Assembly: GCA_029879735.1 (NCBI GenBank)
Contig: JAOUPS010000001.1
Span: 18,831-82,830 of the forward strand
Reading direction: 5' to 3'
DNA: 64,000 nucleotides
Origin: Candidatus Bathyarchaeota archaeon
GTDB lineage: Archaea; Thermoproteota; Bathyarchaeia; Bathyarchaeales; Bathycorpusculaceae
This document shows positions 8,719 through 17,885 of this stretch, piece after piece (position 1 is the stretch's first letter; every line of letters starts with the position of its first letter). The notes beneath the pieces were generated by a model that was not told the DNA's origin, made no database searches, and worked only from the letters and a program-made list of their open reading frames with translations. The translations under genes and the position numbers were made by a program.

Positions 8719-9942
8719 CGCGCGCTAGCCTGTTTAGAAATTGTTGTTGATTTTGTGGTTGCTGTCTTTTCTTGGGTTTCTCTGCTTGTTTTTTCTGTGT
8801 TTGATTGCTGTTTCTATCTGGAATACATTGTTCCGAGCTGGCTTCTACCTTTTCCTAGGCGTTTCTTTGATGGCTAACCCTGTATTAACCCGTCTTTGAT
8901 GGGTCTTGTTTTGCCTCATTGGGTGGTGTAGTGTTTGATGCTGCGGATGAGGCTTGGCTTATGCTGTCGGACAGCTGTTAAAGCCACGACCAGCATGGCT
9001 GAGAAGCTCAGACAAGCATGGATAAAAGCCTGTTTTAAGCCTCTAACTCTCAAGTGGTCTAGGAGAAGCCATTCTTTGGCTCTGCTGAACACCCTTTCTA
9101 TGCATACTCGCTTCCGGAAGAGGTTGGCCAGACGCTTAACTCCGTGAACCACGAAGTCACGTCCAACTTTCAGGGCGTTCTTGATCCTTGAACTTTTCCT
9201 GTAAGGTATTACCGCTTCAGCACAATACTGCTTAACCGTTTCCCTAACCTTTGCCGAGTCGTATTGAGCGTCAGCCAGAACAGTTTTGAAGCTTATGCCT
9301 CGACACTTCAGCTTCTGCAGCAACGGCTTAAAGCACAGCTTCTCGTTCACGTTACAGGGCTCAACAGTGAATGCTAGTGGCAGTTCAGAGCTTGTGCAGC
9401 ATGCCGTGTGCACCTTATAGCCGAGTATGAATCCTCTTCTTCCCCTTCCAACGCGAGCGTCGTGGTCGCTTTTCCCTGATCTGTTGTCTAGGCTTCTCTG
9501 GCTGTAAGCTTTGATGGCTGTGCTATCCAAAGCAACCACTTCACTTTTTACCGCTCCGTCCTTCAACAGCTGTTTCAATAGTATAGAGAACACCTTCTCG
9601 TACCCATCCCTGCCAAGCCTATGCCTAAACTGGGTGAACAAGCCGTGACTAGGCGTCTCCCGTCTGAATCCACATGCTCTAGCAATCCGCCTGTTCCTCT
9701 TCAGCAGCAACGCAAGCCGCCGATCGCTTGGAACACGCCACAGCTGTTTCAGCAACTGAGCCTTCAACATAGAAACAGGAGGATAAGGCTTCCTGCCAGG
9801 CCCGTCTCCATGATAAAGAGACATCAAAAACCTGCGAATAGAACCTAAATTCAGTGAACCAAGCACTTGCTTAATGTTCAAAGCTTCTTCCTAACATAAG
9901 CTTACCTAAACAACAAATTAATTTCTAAACAGCCTAGCGCGC
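8719..9942 (-). mobile_element. IS5-family insertion sequence, copy 1
   Basis: A single DDE transposase ORF with terminal inverted repeats: cctgtttagaaatt at 8729-8742 and aatttctaaacagc at 9920-9933. The ends are flanked by cgcgcgCTAG (8719-8728) and CTAGcgcgc (9934-9942). CTAG is read as a 4-bp target duplication; alternatively the inverted repeat extends to 23 bp and includes GCGCGCTAG. Confidence 0.85.
8916..9881 (-). CDS. IS5-family DDE transposase
   Basis: InsH-type N-terminus (GRKPYPPVSMLKAQLLKQLWRVPSDRRL). DDE candidates are ALDSTAIKAY, LADAQYDS and CIERVFSRAKEW. Confidence 0.9.
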   Translation of the reverse strand: MNIKQVLGSLNLGSIRRFLMSLYHGDGPGRKPYPPVSMLKAQLLKQLWRVPSDRRLALLLKRNRRIARACGFRRETPSHGLFTQFRHRLGRDGYEKVFSILLKQLLKDGAVKSEVVALDSTAIKAYSQRSLDNRSGKSDHDARVGRGRRGFILGYKVHTACCTSSELPLAFTVEPCNVNEKLCFKPLLQKLKCRGISFKTVLADAQYDSAKVRETVKQYCAEAVIPYRKSSRIKNALKVGRDFVVHGVKRLANLFRKRVCIERVFSRAKEWLLLDHLRVRGLKQAFIHACLSFSAMLVVALTAVRQHKPSLIRSIKHYTTQ

Positions 9943-10062
9943 AATGCAGTCAATCCCAACACTATGATTTAATTAGCAAGTTTTTTTCTTCATCGTAATA
10001 TTCCTTTTTTGCGTTTGGAAAAGAAAGATAAAGATATACCAGAATACAATACTTTGGATATT

Positions 10063-10803
10063 TTATACACCCCTTTCAAGAAGCTTTCCGTATCCACTTA
10101 TTGGCTTTCTATACTTGGCACTTCTTAGTATGCTCCAAAAAGTAGCTGTGTTGGATGATATAACTGGTTTGCCAAGCTCGTCCTCTAGAGACTGCAATAT
10201 TTCCATCGTACGAAAGTTGGTGCAAGAAATCAGTATACCTTCTGCTTCAGGCGTATTCGCCTTTTTAGCAAGATCATAAGCGACTTTTGGAGGCAGCACA
10301 CCCTCTTCGTAGGCGTCCCACATGTTCGAATTCAAATTTTTACATACTGAAAATCCATATCCCTCAAGAAATGTTTTGAGTCTCTCATCTATTCCGTCTA
10401 CATAGGGAGTAGCAGTAGATACCTTAGTTACGCCTAGTTCTCTCAGGGCTTCGACGACAGCAGTGGCTGAGGTTATGGCTGGAATGCCCGCCTCTTTCTC
10501 TATATTCTGTGCTATGACCTTGTCGTGGCCGACACCCTTGTAAAAACTCACTGTTGTATCGGCAAAAACTATGATGTCCACTTTAGAAGCTGCAAGTAGT
10601 TTTGCTTCGTAAACCGCTGATCTCTCCATCAACTCTGCCCCCTTAAGCACAGCGTTAAAGTCTCTTGCTTCTTCGTCTTCTCTCTTTTTGGATTCCATCC
10701 TAGTTGTATGGATAGCAAAGTCATCAAATGGTAGAATTCTAATTATTTCTCGTTCAACCACAGTATTACGGTATGGACATAACAAACCTACCTTATAAAC
10801 CAA
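10063..10803 (-). CDS. Asp/Glu racemase superfamily paralog lacking the first catalytic Cys (arylmalonate-decarboxylase-like configuration)
   Basis: It aligns by eye to the 6239 and 12636 paralogs. The first Cys box reads IVFADTTVSF (GC replaced by AD) and the second box ILISCTNFRT is retained. Confidence 0.7.
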   Translation of the reverse strand: MVYKVGLLCPYRNTVVEREIIRILPFDDFAIHTTRMESKKREDEEARDFNAVLKGAELMERSAVYEAKLLAASKVDIIVFADTTVSFYKGVGHDKVIAQNIEKEAGIPAITSATAVVEALRELGVTKVSTATPYVDGIDERLKTFLEGYGFSVCKNLNSNMWDAYEEGVLPPKVAYDLAKKANTPEAEGILISCTNFRTMEILQSLEDELGKPVISSNTATFWSILRSAKYRKPISGYGKLLERGV

Positions 10804-11078
10804 CCATCATCACCTTCATAGCATAAGCGAGTGTTTTCTCGACGTTAATTATTTAAATCTTTCTATTGTGCACACTACAAGCACTAGGTTTTACTATGTA
10901 AAGTAGGCAGTGTGAAGTGGTGACCGGGATTTAAGAAGTGGGGTTGTGTAGATGCCACAGTGAATCAAGTATTGAGGGTATGGCAGAGCAAGTCGTACTA
11001 TCCCATAATTGTGGCTAACAAAAGTCAATATGAAGCCTGAAGAAATAAGTATCGATGTAGTAAGATCTCTCATGGTTC

Positions 11079-11318
11079 ATGAGGATGTTCTTGGATACGA
11101 TAGGAAAACTCCCGAAGGCACAACGTGGAGACATCATCGATGTTCTAGATGTGGAAGTGGAAGTCTATGCCGAAACTAACAACGCCAACTATTGTTGGAC
11201 TCCAAGTCCAGCATCGCTATTGGTATGCGGAAATAATGTGGACATGATTAGACAAACAGAGACAATTTACGATCTAATCGTTCTCGAAAGAATGCTCACT
11301 AGACTGCTATCACGTTAA
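11079..11318 (+). CDS. hypothetical small protein (weak)
   Basis: An ORF only, with no recognisable motifs, lying in a 680-bp intergenic gap. Confidence 0.2.
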   Translation: MRMFLDTIGKLPKAQRGDIIDVLDVEVEVYAETNNANYCWTPSPASLLVCGNNVDMIRQTETIYDLIVLERMLTRLLSR

Positions 11319-11479
11319 AGCTAAATTTGTGAGATACGTGTTGGAAAAGAACTGAATGGTTGATGAGGTTTATGAATTCATCCAATTTAGTCCATTAATC
11401 GCTCATAGAAATTCTTCAAATATCGGTTAGAAAACACTTATATGAAAAAGATCTGTTATATAACAGAAGGGTTTTCAAA

Positions 11480-12487
11480 ATGACGCTTCTCATAAGAGAA
11501 AAGGATGTGATGAGAGTTTTTTCGCCTAAGGATATGATCGAGGCTGTGGAAGACGGCTTTCGGCAACATGGACTTGGTCTGGCTCAGACTCGACCTCGAC
11601 GCGAGGTTCGTATACGAGGGAAAGAGCTACGACATGCTGATCCTCGGATAGTTAGGGTTGCGCAGGGTTTGGCTTTTTTAGAAGAGTCAGGGGTTGTAGT
11701 GATTGACCACATCTTTAGTTTTCCGGACCGCGGAACTCCGCCAATGAGGGTTGTAAAGCATCTCATCGACGCAGATGAGGGGGGTGTCATTGCCGTTATT
11801 GACTCATTAAATCTTCTGGGAATACGTACAGCAGCAGCCAGCGCCGTCGGCGCAAAATTTCTTTCAAAAAAAGATAGTAAAGTTGCGAGTATAATCGGAA
11901 CGGGGCGCCAAGGTAGGATTCAACTCAGGTTCCTATTGCAGGTTAGGCCTATCGAGAAAGCCTATGCTTACGACGTACGTGCATACGCGCGAGATAAATT
12001 CTGCGAAGAAATGAGCACAGAACTCGGAATTGATGTGCTATCATCAGAGAAAATTGAACACGTTGTCAGAAACGCTGACATCTTGGTTACTGCAACTCCT
12101 GCAATAAGTCCCATCGTCAAGGCGGAATGGCTCCTGCCAGGCGTGCATGTCAACATTATCGGTGCAGATGCCCCTCCTAAAATTGAACTTGAGGGAGCTG
12201 CCCTAAAGAGAGCGGACAAACTGGTGATCGCTGCAGAAGATTGTTTCACGGCAGGGCAAATGCGAATACCAATAGAGGAAGGCCTCATTGGCGAGAATGA
12301 CATCTATGGGACTATTGGAGAGATCGTCGCAGGAATCAAGGCAGGAAGAGAAAGGAAGAATGAGATTACGGTCTTTCATTCTCCCGGGTTGACCCTGCAA
12401 GACGCCGCAGCAGCGTATAGGGTCTACATCAGAGCGAAAGAACTTGGTCTTGGTGTTGATGTCCCGGATCCGTTTTTGTTAAGCTAG
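11480..12487 (+). CDS. ornithine cyclodeaminase/mu-crystallin family protein (archaeal alanine dehydrogenase-like)
   Basis: Rossmann motif IIGTGRQG. The overall pattern MRVVKHLID...LLGIRTAAASAV is typical of the OCD_Mu_crystallin family. Confidence 0.85.
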   Translation: MTLLIREKDVMRVFSPKDMIEAVEDGFRQHGLGLAQTRPRREVRIRGKELRHADPRIVRVAQGLAFLEESGVVVIDHIFSFPDRGTPPMRVVKHLIDADEGGVIAVIDSLNLLGIRTAAASAVGAKFLSKKDSKVASIIGTGRQGRIQLRFLLQVRPIEKAYAYDVRAYARDKFCEEMSTELGIDVLSSEKIEHVVRNADILVTATPAISPIVKAEWLLPGVHVNIIGADAPPKIELEGAALKRADKLVIAAEDCFTAGQMRIPIEEGLIGENDIYGTIGEIVAGIKAGRERKNEITVFHSPGLTLQDAAAAYRVYIRAKELGLGVDVPDPFLLS

Positions 12488-12635
12488 TCGTCAAAACGAC
12501 ATGAGAGATTGCAAAGCGAACGACGTACTCAAGACAAAAAAACCCTAACCTTTGCTAAGTTAGATTTACTTCTAACAAGTAAACATTAAATGATAGGTTG
12601 AAACTAGTTATGCGACTATTTATCAAATAAAATGT

Positions 12636-13355
12636 CTATAGCTGAGTGAGTAGCCGTCCATACCCCATGATCTTCTCTTTTACCTCAGCGATTCTGAGCA
12701 TCATCCAGATCGTAGCTTGATTGCTTGAAATCACTGGCTTATTAATATCACGCTCTAGAAACTGAAGTATTTCAATTGATCGGAGATCAGTGCAACTTAT
12801 GAAGATACCGTCAGCCTTTGGTCTATACACGTCTTTCGCAAGTCTGTACACGCGCTCTGATGGTACATCAGCTGTTTCCGGCCCGAGGCAACTAAGCCCC
12901 TTTATTGATAACACCTCGAATCCGTGGGCTTCTAGGAACTCCTTCTCCTTCTCATTTAGCCACTCTTTATATGGAGTCGCCACAGACAACCTGACAATTC
13001 CAAGTTCTTTTAGTGCTTCTAAGACGGCTGTCGATGTTGTAGTGGCCTTAATGTGGGCGGAGTCCTCGATTTTTCCTATGATCTCTTTATCGTAGCCGGG
13101 ACCCTTCACTAGGCTTCCCGTTGTACATCCGAAGGCTATCACATCGACTTCAGCGTCCGCCAGTTCGATGGCTACCTTGGGAACATCTTCAATCATCCTT
13201 GTCAATTGCTCTAGAGTATCTTCTACCTGCCTAATCCTAGAGAAGTGCAGAGATACTCCTTCAGGAGCCAACCTGTAGAGCTCAGGTTCCATTGTCTTAT
13301 TTACTGAAGGAACCATTATCCCCAACCTCGCTCTCCAACCAGCCATATCAGACAC
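12636..13355 (-). CDS. Asp/Glu racemase superfamily protein, maleate isomerase-like
   Basis: GWRARLGIMVP N-terminus. Both Cys boxes are present (IAFGCTTGSL and IFISCTDLRS). Confidence 0.75.
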   Translation of the reverse strand: MSDMAGWRARLGIMVPSVNKTMEPELYRLAPEGVSLHFSRIRQVEDTLEQLTRMIEDVPKVAIELADAEVDVIAFGCTTGSLVKGPGYDKEIIGKIEDSAHIKATTTSTAVLEALKELGIVRLSVATPYKEWLNEKEKEFLEAHGFEVLSIKGLSCLGPETADVPSERVYRLAKDVYRPKADGIFISCTDLRSIEILQFLERDINKPVISSNQATIWMMLRIAEVKEKIMGYGRLLTQL

Positions 13356-13426
13356 ATCTTAACTAGAGATCAGATTCTGATAAAATTTATATTATTTTCT
13401 ATCTTTGAAGTAGCAGGCGAACACAT

Positions 13427-14416
13427 ATGCCTAAAGCAATAAAAGTTGGAGATATTGTGGCTAACAGTTGTGAAAGAAAATTCGGATTCTTCAAAATGGG
13501 TGAAGACATAAACATCGTTGAAGTCCCCCTCGCAATAATCAATGGCTGCAAAGAAGGCCCAACGCTGTGTTTGACGGCTGGAACACACGGATGTGAATAT
13601 GCCGGAATCGCAGCTGTAGTAAGAGTTTGTAGTAACATTAGCCCAACGGAACTTAGTGGTAAAATAATCGCCGTTCCAGTAGTAAATACACCTGGCTTTC
13701 GACAGAGGACCTCCTACGTTAACCCGGTGGACAAACTAAACATAGCTGAGGTGTACCCCGGGAAACCAGAGGGTTCCCTGAGTCAAATAATTGCTCACAC
13801 CATACTTGAAGAGGTAATAACGAAAGCAGACTACTACATAGACTGCCACAGCGGTGATGTAGATGAAAGATTGATCGAGAACACATACTATTACAGGTGT
13901 GGTAATGAAAAAGTGGACAATGCTTCATACGCTCTATGCAGAGCTTTCGGCTTCAAGCACATTGTCTTGGTGAATGATGTACCAGCATATCCACATTTTA
14001 AAGAAGTTTGCCGAAAAGGAATTCCGATGATTCAGTCTGAGTGCGGAGGTCTTGGAATACTCAAGGAAAGTGATATCGCTAATTACGTTAAGGGGATAAC
14101 AAATGTCATGAAGTTTCTACATATGATAGATGGTGAACCAAGCATGCAAGTTGAGCAAAAAATCGTTACAAGGGAGTTCTACGTCAAAGTCGCCAACACT
14201 GGTATATTCTATCCAAGAGTTGATCTTGGAGAAAATGTAAGAAAAGGACAAGTTGTCGGTGAAGTTGGAAACCTGCAAGGTGAAACCGTTGAGAAGTTGC
14301 TAGCAACACAGGACGGCGTGATACGGAAAATGTATACTCGCCACGTGGTGAACCCAGGAGAAATCGTTATGGTTGGATATGTCTCACCAAAACATGCTCC
14401 ACAACTCGAAGGATAA
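13427..14416 (+). CDS. succinylglutamate desuccinylase/aspartoacylase (AstE/AspA) family zinc deacylase
   Basis: GPTLCLTAGTHGCEYAG (H..E zinc motif), VPVVNTPGF, EVYPGKPEGS and YYIDCHSGD motifs. Confidence 0.75.
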   Translation: MPKAIKVGDIVANSCERKFGFFKMGEDINIVEVPLAIINGCKEGPTLCLTAGTHGCEYAGIAAVVRVCSNISPTELSGKIIAVPVVNTPGFRQRTSYVNPVDKLNIAEVYPGKPEGSLSQIIAHTILEEVITKADYYIDCHSGDVDERLIENTYYYRCGNEKVDNASYALCRAFGFKHIVLVNDVPAYPHFKEVCRKGIPMIQSECGGLGILKESDIANYVKGITNVMKFLHMIDGEPSMQVEQKIVTREFYVKVANTGIFYPRVDLGENVRKGQVVGEVGNLQGETVEKLLATQDGVIRKMYTRHVVNPGEIVMVGYVSPKHAPQLEG

Positions 14417-14479
14417 AAACGCTAATAATCGGCGAAATTTTTATCTTTTCGGCTGATTCAATCTTTAGAGGTTGAATAA

Positions 14480-15637
14480 ATGAGAATGTTTGAGTTTCAA
14501 GCTAAAAGAGTTTTCAGGGAGGAAGGAATTCCAGTACCCAAAGGTGAACTTGCAACTAACGCGGTAGAAGTTGAGCAAATAGCAAGGGAGTTGGGAGGAC
14601 CTGTTGCGTTAAAAGCGCAGGTGCTTGTGGGTGGAAGAGGTTTAACCGGAGGAGTAAAATTTGCAGATAATGTCGAGGAAGCGAGGATGGCAGCTGAGAG
14701 AATCCTCAGCTCCAAGATGAAGGGTGAGAATGTTCGAAGAGTGCTGGTTGAGGAAAAGATGGAGATAAAGAATGAACTGTATGTGGGAGTAACGATTGAT
14801 CAGGAGGCGAGGGCTCCAATTGTCGTAGCAACCTCTGAGGGAGGTGTAGAAATTGAGCTGGTTTCTGAGAAGTCCCCTGAGAAGATAGTCAAGAGGAAAA
14901 TAGACGTTTTTAAGGGTCTGTCGGAGCATGAAGCGAGGAGTATAGCGAAAAATATCGGGCTTGATCATAGAAAAGCGCTCTCTTTTTCGTCAGTTCTTAG
15001 GAATCTATATGGCATATTTGAAAAGTATGATGCAGAGCTTGTCGAGATCAACCCCCTTGCACTGACCGTGAACGATAAGTTCGTTGCGGTCGACGCAAAG
15101 TTAAACTTGGATGATAGAGCTGCGTTTAGGCATAAAGACCTCATATGCTGTCTGGGAGAAGAGTCCATCAAGCCTACAGAGGGCCCTAATTTCCGTGAAT
15201 ATCTTGCAAAAGAGGCTGACATTTCATCTTATGTTGAGCTCGATGGCAACATTGGAATCATATCTGATGGTGCTGGCACTGGGATGCTTGCCCTAGACTT
15301 GGTTGAGCAGTATGGTGGAAGACCAGCAGATTTTTGCGAGCTTGGAGGATTTATGGACGCTGACATGATGAGGAGTGCACTTAACATTGTATCATCAAAT
15401 CCAAATGTCAAAGTAATACTGATAACTCTAATCGGAGGACTTACGAGAATGGATGAAATGGCCGAGGGAATAGCCAAGTTTATAGAAGAAAAGAAGACTA
15501 CGATTCCAATTGTAGTGAGGCTGACAGGCACATCAGAGGAAGAAGGAAGACGAATACTTAAGAATACTGGAATCAATTCTTTTGACGATATGTACGATTC
15601 GATTGGAAAGGCTGTGAAATTGGCAGGGGAAAACTGA
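14480..15637 (+). CDS. sucC: succinyl-CoA synthetase beta-subunit-like ATP-grasp protein, copy 1
   Basis: The N-terminus FEFQAKRVFREEGIPVPKG, VALKAQVLVGGRG and EINPL motifs match. It is immediately followed by an alpha-subunit gene. Confidence 0.8.
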   Translation: MRMFEFQAKRVFREEGIPVPKGELATNAVEVEQIARELGGPVALKAQVLVGGRGLTGGVKFADNVEEARMAAERILSSKMKGENVRRVLVEEKMEIKNELYVGVTIDQEARAPIVVATSEGGVEIELVSEKSPEKIVKRKIDVFKGLSEHEARSIAKNIGLDHRKALSFSSVLRNLYGIFEKYDAELVEINPLALTVNDKFVAVDAKLNLDDRAAFRHKDLICCLGEESIKPTEGPNFREYLAKEADISSYVELDGNIGIISDGAGTGMLALDLVEQYGGRPADFCELGGFMDADMMRSALNIVSSNPNVKVILITLIGGLTRMDEMAEGIAKFIEEKKTTIPIVVRLTGTSEEEGRRILKNTGINSFDDMYDSIGKAVKLAGEN

Positions 15638-15638
15638 G

Positions 15639-16505
15639 TTGGCAATTCTGGTCGACAAAGATACAAGAGTCCTTGTTCAAGGGATTACGGGTCAGGTAGG
15701 ATCCTTCCAGACGAAGATAATGCTGAATTATGGAACAAAGATAGTGGCAGGCGTCACCCCAGGCAAAGGAGGGCTATACGTGCATGAGATTCCCGTTTAC
15801 GATCTTATCGAAGAAGCAGTTGATGAACACGATGTCGACGTTGCCCTCAGTTTCGTTCCAGGCCGTTACGCTGCGGATGCAGCCTTTGAGGCTGTCGAGG
15901 CGCACGTAGATCTAGTAGTCATACTGGCTGCGGAAATACCGAACATAGACTTTATGAAGGTAATTAGGGTTGCAGATGAACAGAGAGTTCTAGTCCTTGG
16001 TCCGGATACTCCTGGGGCCATCTCGCCTGGAAAATCGAAAGTTGGTGTACATCCGAACAGGATGTTCACCGAGGGGAACATTGGTGTACTTTCCAAGAGT
16101 GGAGCACTCGCCTATGAGACGTGTAAGGTGCTTACGGAACACGGTATAGGTCAGTCTACGGTTGTAGGCATTGGAGGAGGACCAATTTGGGGTCTCACAC
16201 AGACCGATATCTTGGAGATGTTTGAAAAGGATGAAGAAACCGCTGCTGTGGTTCTTCTGGGTGAAATCGGTGGGACGATGGAGGAAACCGCTGCTGAGTA
16301 CATAGGAAAGAAAATGACGAAGCCCGTAGTTGCTTTAATCGTCGGTCGATCGGCACCAGAGGGAAAGAGAATGGGGCATGCAGGGGCAATCATAAAACGC
16401 GGTAAAGGCACCGCCGCTGACAAGATAAAGGCTCTGAAAGACGCTGGAGCGTTAATCGCAAAGTCACCTAAGGAGATACCTCAACTGATAAGTTCGGTCG
16501 TTTAG
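15639..16505 (+). CDS. sucD: succinyl-CoA synthetase alpha-subunit-like protein, copy 1
   Basis: VLVQGITGQVG CoA-binding motif and the phosphohistidine loop MGHAGAII. TTG start one nt after the sucC stop. Confidence 0.8.
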   Translation: MAILVDKDTRVLVQGITGQVGSFQTKIMLNYGTKIVAGVTPGKGGLYVHEIPVYDLIEEAVDEHDVDVALSFVPGRYAADAAFEAVEAHVDLVVILAAEIPNIDFMKVIRVADEQRVLVLGPDTPGAISPGKSKVGVHPNRMFTEGNIGVLSKSGALAYETCKVLTEHGIGQSTVVGIGGGPIWGLTQTDILEMFEKDEETAAVVLLGEIGGTMEETAAEYIGKKMTKPVVALIVGRSAPEGKRMGHAGAIIKRGKGTAADKIKALKDAGALIAKSPKEIPQLISSVV

Positions 16506-17211
16506 AAGAGGATACTGCCACGGCTGTTTCGGCTAAGATTTGTAAAGGATCAACTACAGGTACGGGTATGTCCTCGCTTTTGAGTACTAGGGATACTTCT
16601 GTGCATCCGCAAATAATTATCTCCGCCCCTTCCTCAATAAGGTGGGTAGCTACCTTGGCTATGATCTCCTTGCCTTCGAGAATTCGCCCAGCTTTTACGT
16701 TGCCGTATATAGCTTCCATGACGTTATCTTTAAGCTTCTCCGGTGGGTAAATCAACTCAACACCGCTCTTCTCCAGTGCTCGGTTGTATATTCCAGCCCT
16801 AACGGTTCCGGTTGTGCCGATAAGGCCAACCTTCTTCACGTGGGGAAATCTCCCCTTTATTGTTTGTGTGGTTAACTCCACCATATTCAGGATGGGAATC
16901 CCCACGCTTCTCTTCAGTTTCTCATAGTAATAATGGGCAGTGTTGCAAGGAATAATAATTAAATCTACTCCAGCCTTTTCTAAATTCTTTGCTGTCTTCG
17001 TCATCTCGGGGAGGGGGCTAGGTCCTCCACCTATTATCGCCGCTGTCCTGTCAGGTATTTTCGGGTTACTATCTATAATCACCCTTATGTGATCTTGATC
17101 CTTCTCAGCTGGGGTTGCTCTAACGATTCTTTTGAACAAATCTGCGGTAGCTTCGGGCCCCATTCCTCCAAGTATCCCGATAACTCTCTCTTCCAAATAT
17201 ATCACTTCCAC
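16468..17211 (-). CDS. aspartate racemase (PLP-independent two-Cys amino-acid racemase)
   Basis: GILGGMGPEATADLFKRIV, KDQDHIRVIIDSNPKIPDRT, and Cys boxes IIPCNTAHYY and IICGCTEV. Confidence 0.85.
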   Translation of the reverse strand: MEVIYLEERVIGILGGMGPEATADLFKRIVRATPAEKDQDHIRVIIDSNPKIPDRTAAIIGGGPSPLPEMTKTAKNLEKAGVDLIIIPCNTAHYYYEKLKRSVGIPILNMVELTTQTIKGRFPHVKKVGLIGTTGTVRAGIYNRALEKSGVELIYPPEKLKDNVMEAIYGNVKAGRILEGKEIIAKVATHLIEEGAEIIICGCTEVSLVLKSEDIPVPVVDPLQILAETAVAVSSSKRPNLSVEVSP

Positions 17212-17251
17212 TTTACTTAAAATAATAGATTACATATATTTTCTTTCACTT

Positions 17252-17263
17252 AAAGCGCGCTTT
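17252..17263. repeat. AAAGCGCGCTTT palindrome
   Basis: Perfect 12-bp palindrome between the divergent aspartate racemase and zinc-ribbon genes. Confidence 0.9.
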
Positions 17264-17371
17264 GGTAACTCTGTTCTCACAGAGAACCCAAACAAAGTTA
17301 TGGTTGACTACTTCAGATTTTTCGCGCCCTCAAAGTCTTCACAACATGAAGTTCCCTATCGAAACTGTTAA

Positions 17372-17602
17372 GTGAACGACCATAGAGTTGAAGTCATGAC
17401 TAAGCCGAAAATTGTTACGTGCCCGAACTGTGGAGCTGTTATGGTTAAAAGAAGTAGAGCTGGAAAAGGTTTTCGAGTAGGGATTATTTATGAATGCCCT
17501 AACAGCGATTGTCCTATTATAGATTTGAGGGTTCGCTACGGACGCGGAAAAAGTGGCAACCCAAAAAGCGTCAGGGTAATGAGAGATTCAACTTTTAAAT
17601 AA
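17372..17602 (+). CDS. small zinc-ribbon protein
   Basis: CPNCG...CPNSDCP four-Cys arrangement in 76 aa. Confidence 0.4.
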   Translation: MNDHRVEVMTKPKIVTCPNCGAVMVKRSRAGKGFRVGIIYECPNSDCPIIDLRVRYGRGKSGNPKSVRVMRDSTFK

Positions 17603-17609
17603 CTATTCT

Positions 17610-17885
17610 TCAAAACGAGTTTTGAAGGTTTTCACCTTGTTTCTCTTCGCGAAGAATTCCAGTAGGCTTTTCATCTGCTTCTATCGAGATGGCAAAGTCT
17701 GGACAGACCAGTTCACACAGTCTGCATGCAGTGCATTTGTCAGGATCTTTAACCACGGCAACGAAGTTACCTTTTGGGCAAAGTTTATTCGACATAACAA
17801 GAACCTTTGTGGGACAGAAGTGGACGCAGAATCCACACCCCTTACAAAACTCTTCATTTATGTAAATTTGCATTCTTTCCACCAC
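17610..17885 (-). CDS. 2-oxoacid:ferredoxin oxidoreductase delta subunit (2x[4Fe-4S]), operon 1
   Basis: CKGCGFCVHFCP and CTACRLCELVCP cluster motifs. It is the last gene of the alpha-beta-gamma-delta operon. Confidence 0.85.
   Translation of the reverse strand: MVERMQIYINEEFCKGCGFCVHFCPTKVLVMSNKLCPKGNFVAVVKDPDKCTACRLCELVCPDFAISIEADEKPTGILREEKQGENLQNSF

Noticed and set aside
16468-16505. 38-nt convergent overlap between the sucD-like and aspartate racemase genes as a regulatory antisense feature
   Set aside because: The overlap involves only poorly conserved C-terminal tails of both proteins and could reflect slightly extended ORFs. No structure or motif is evident.
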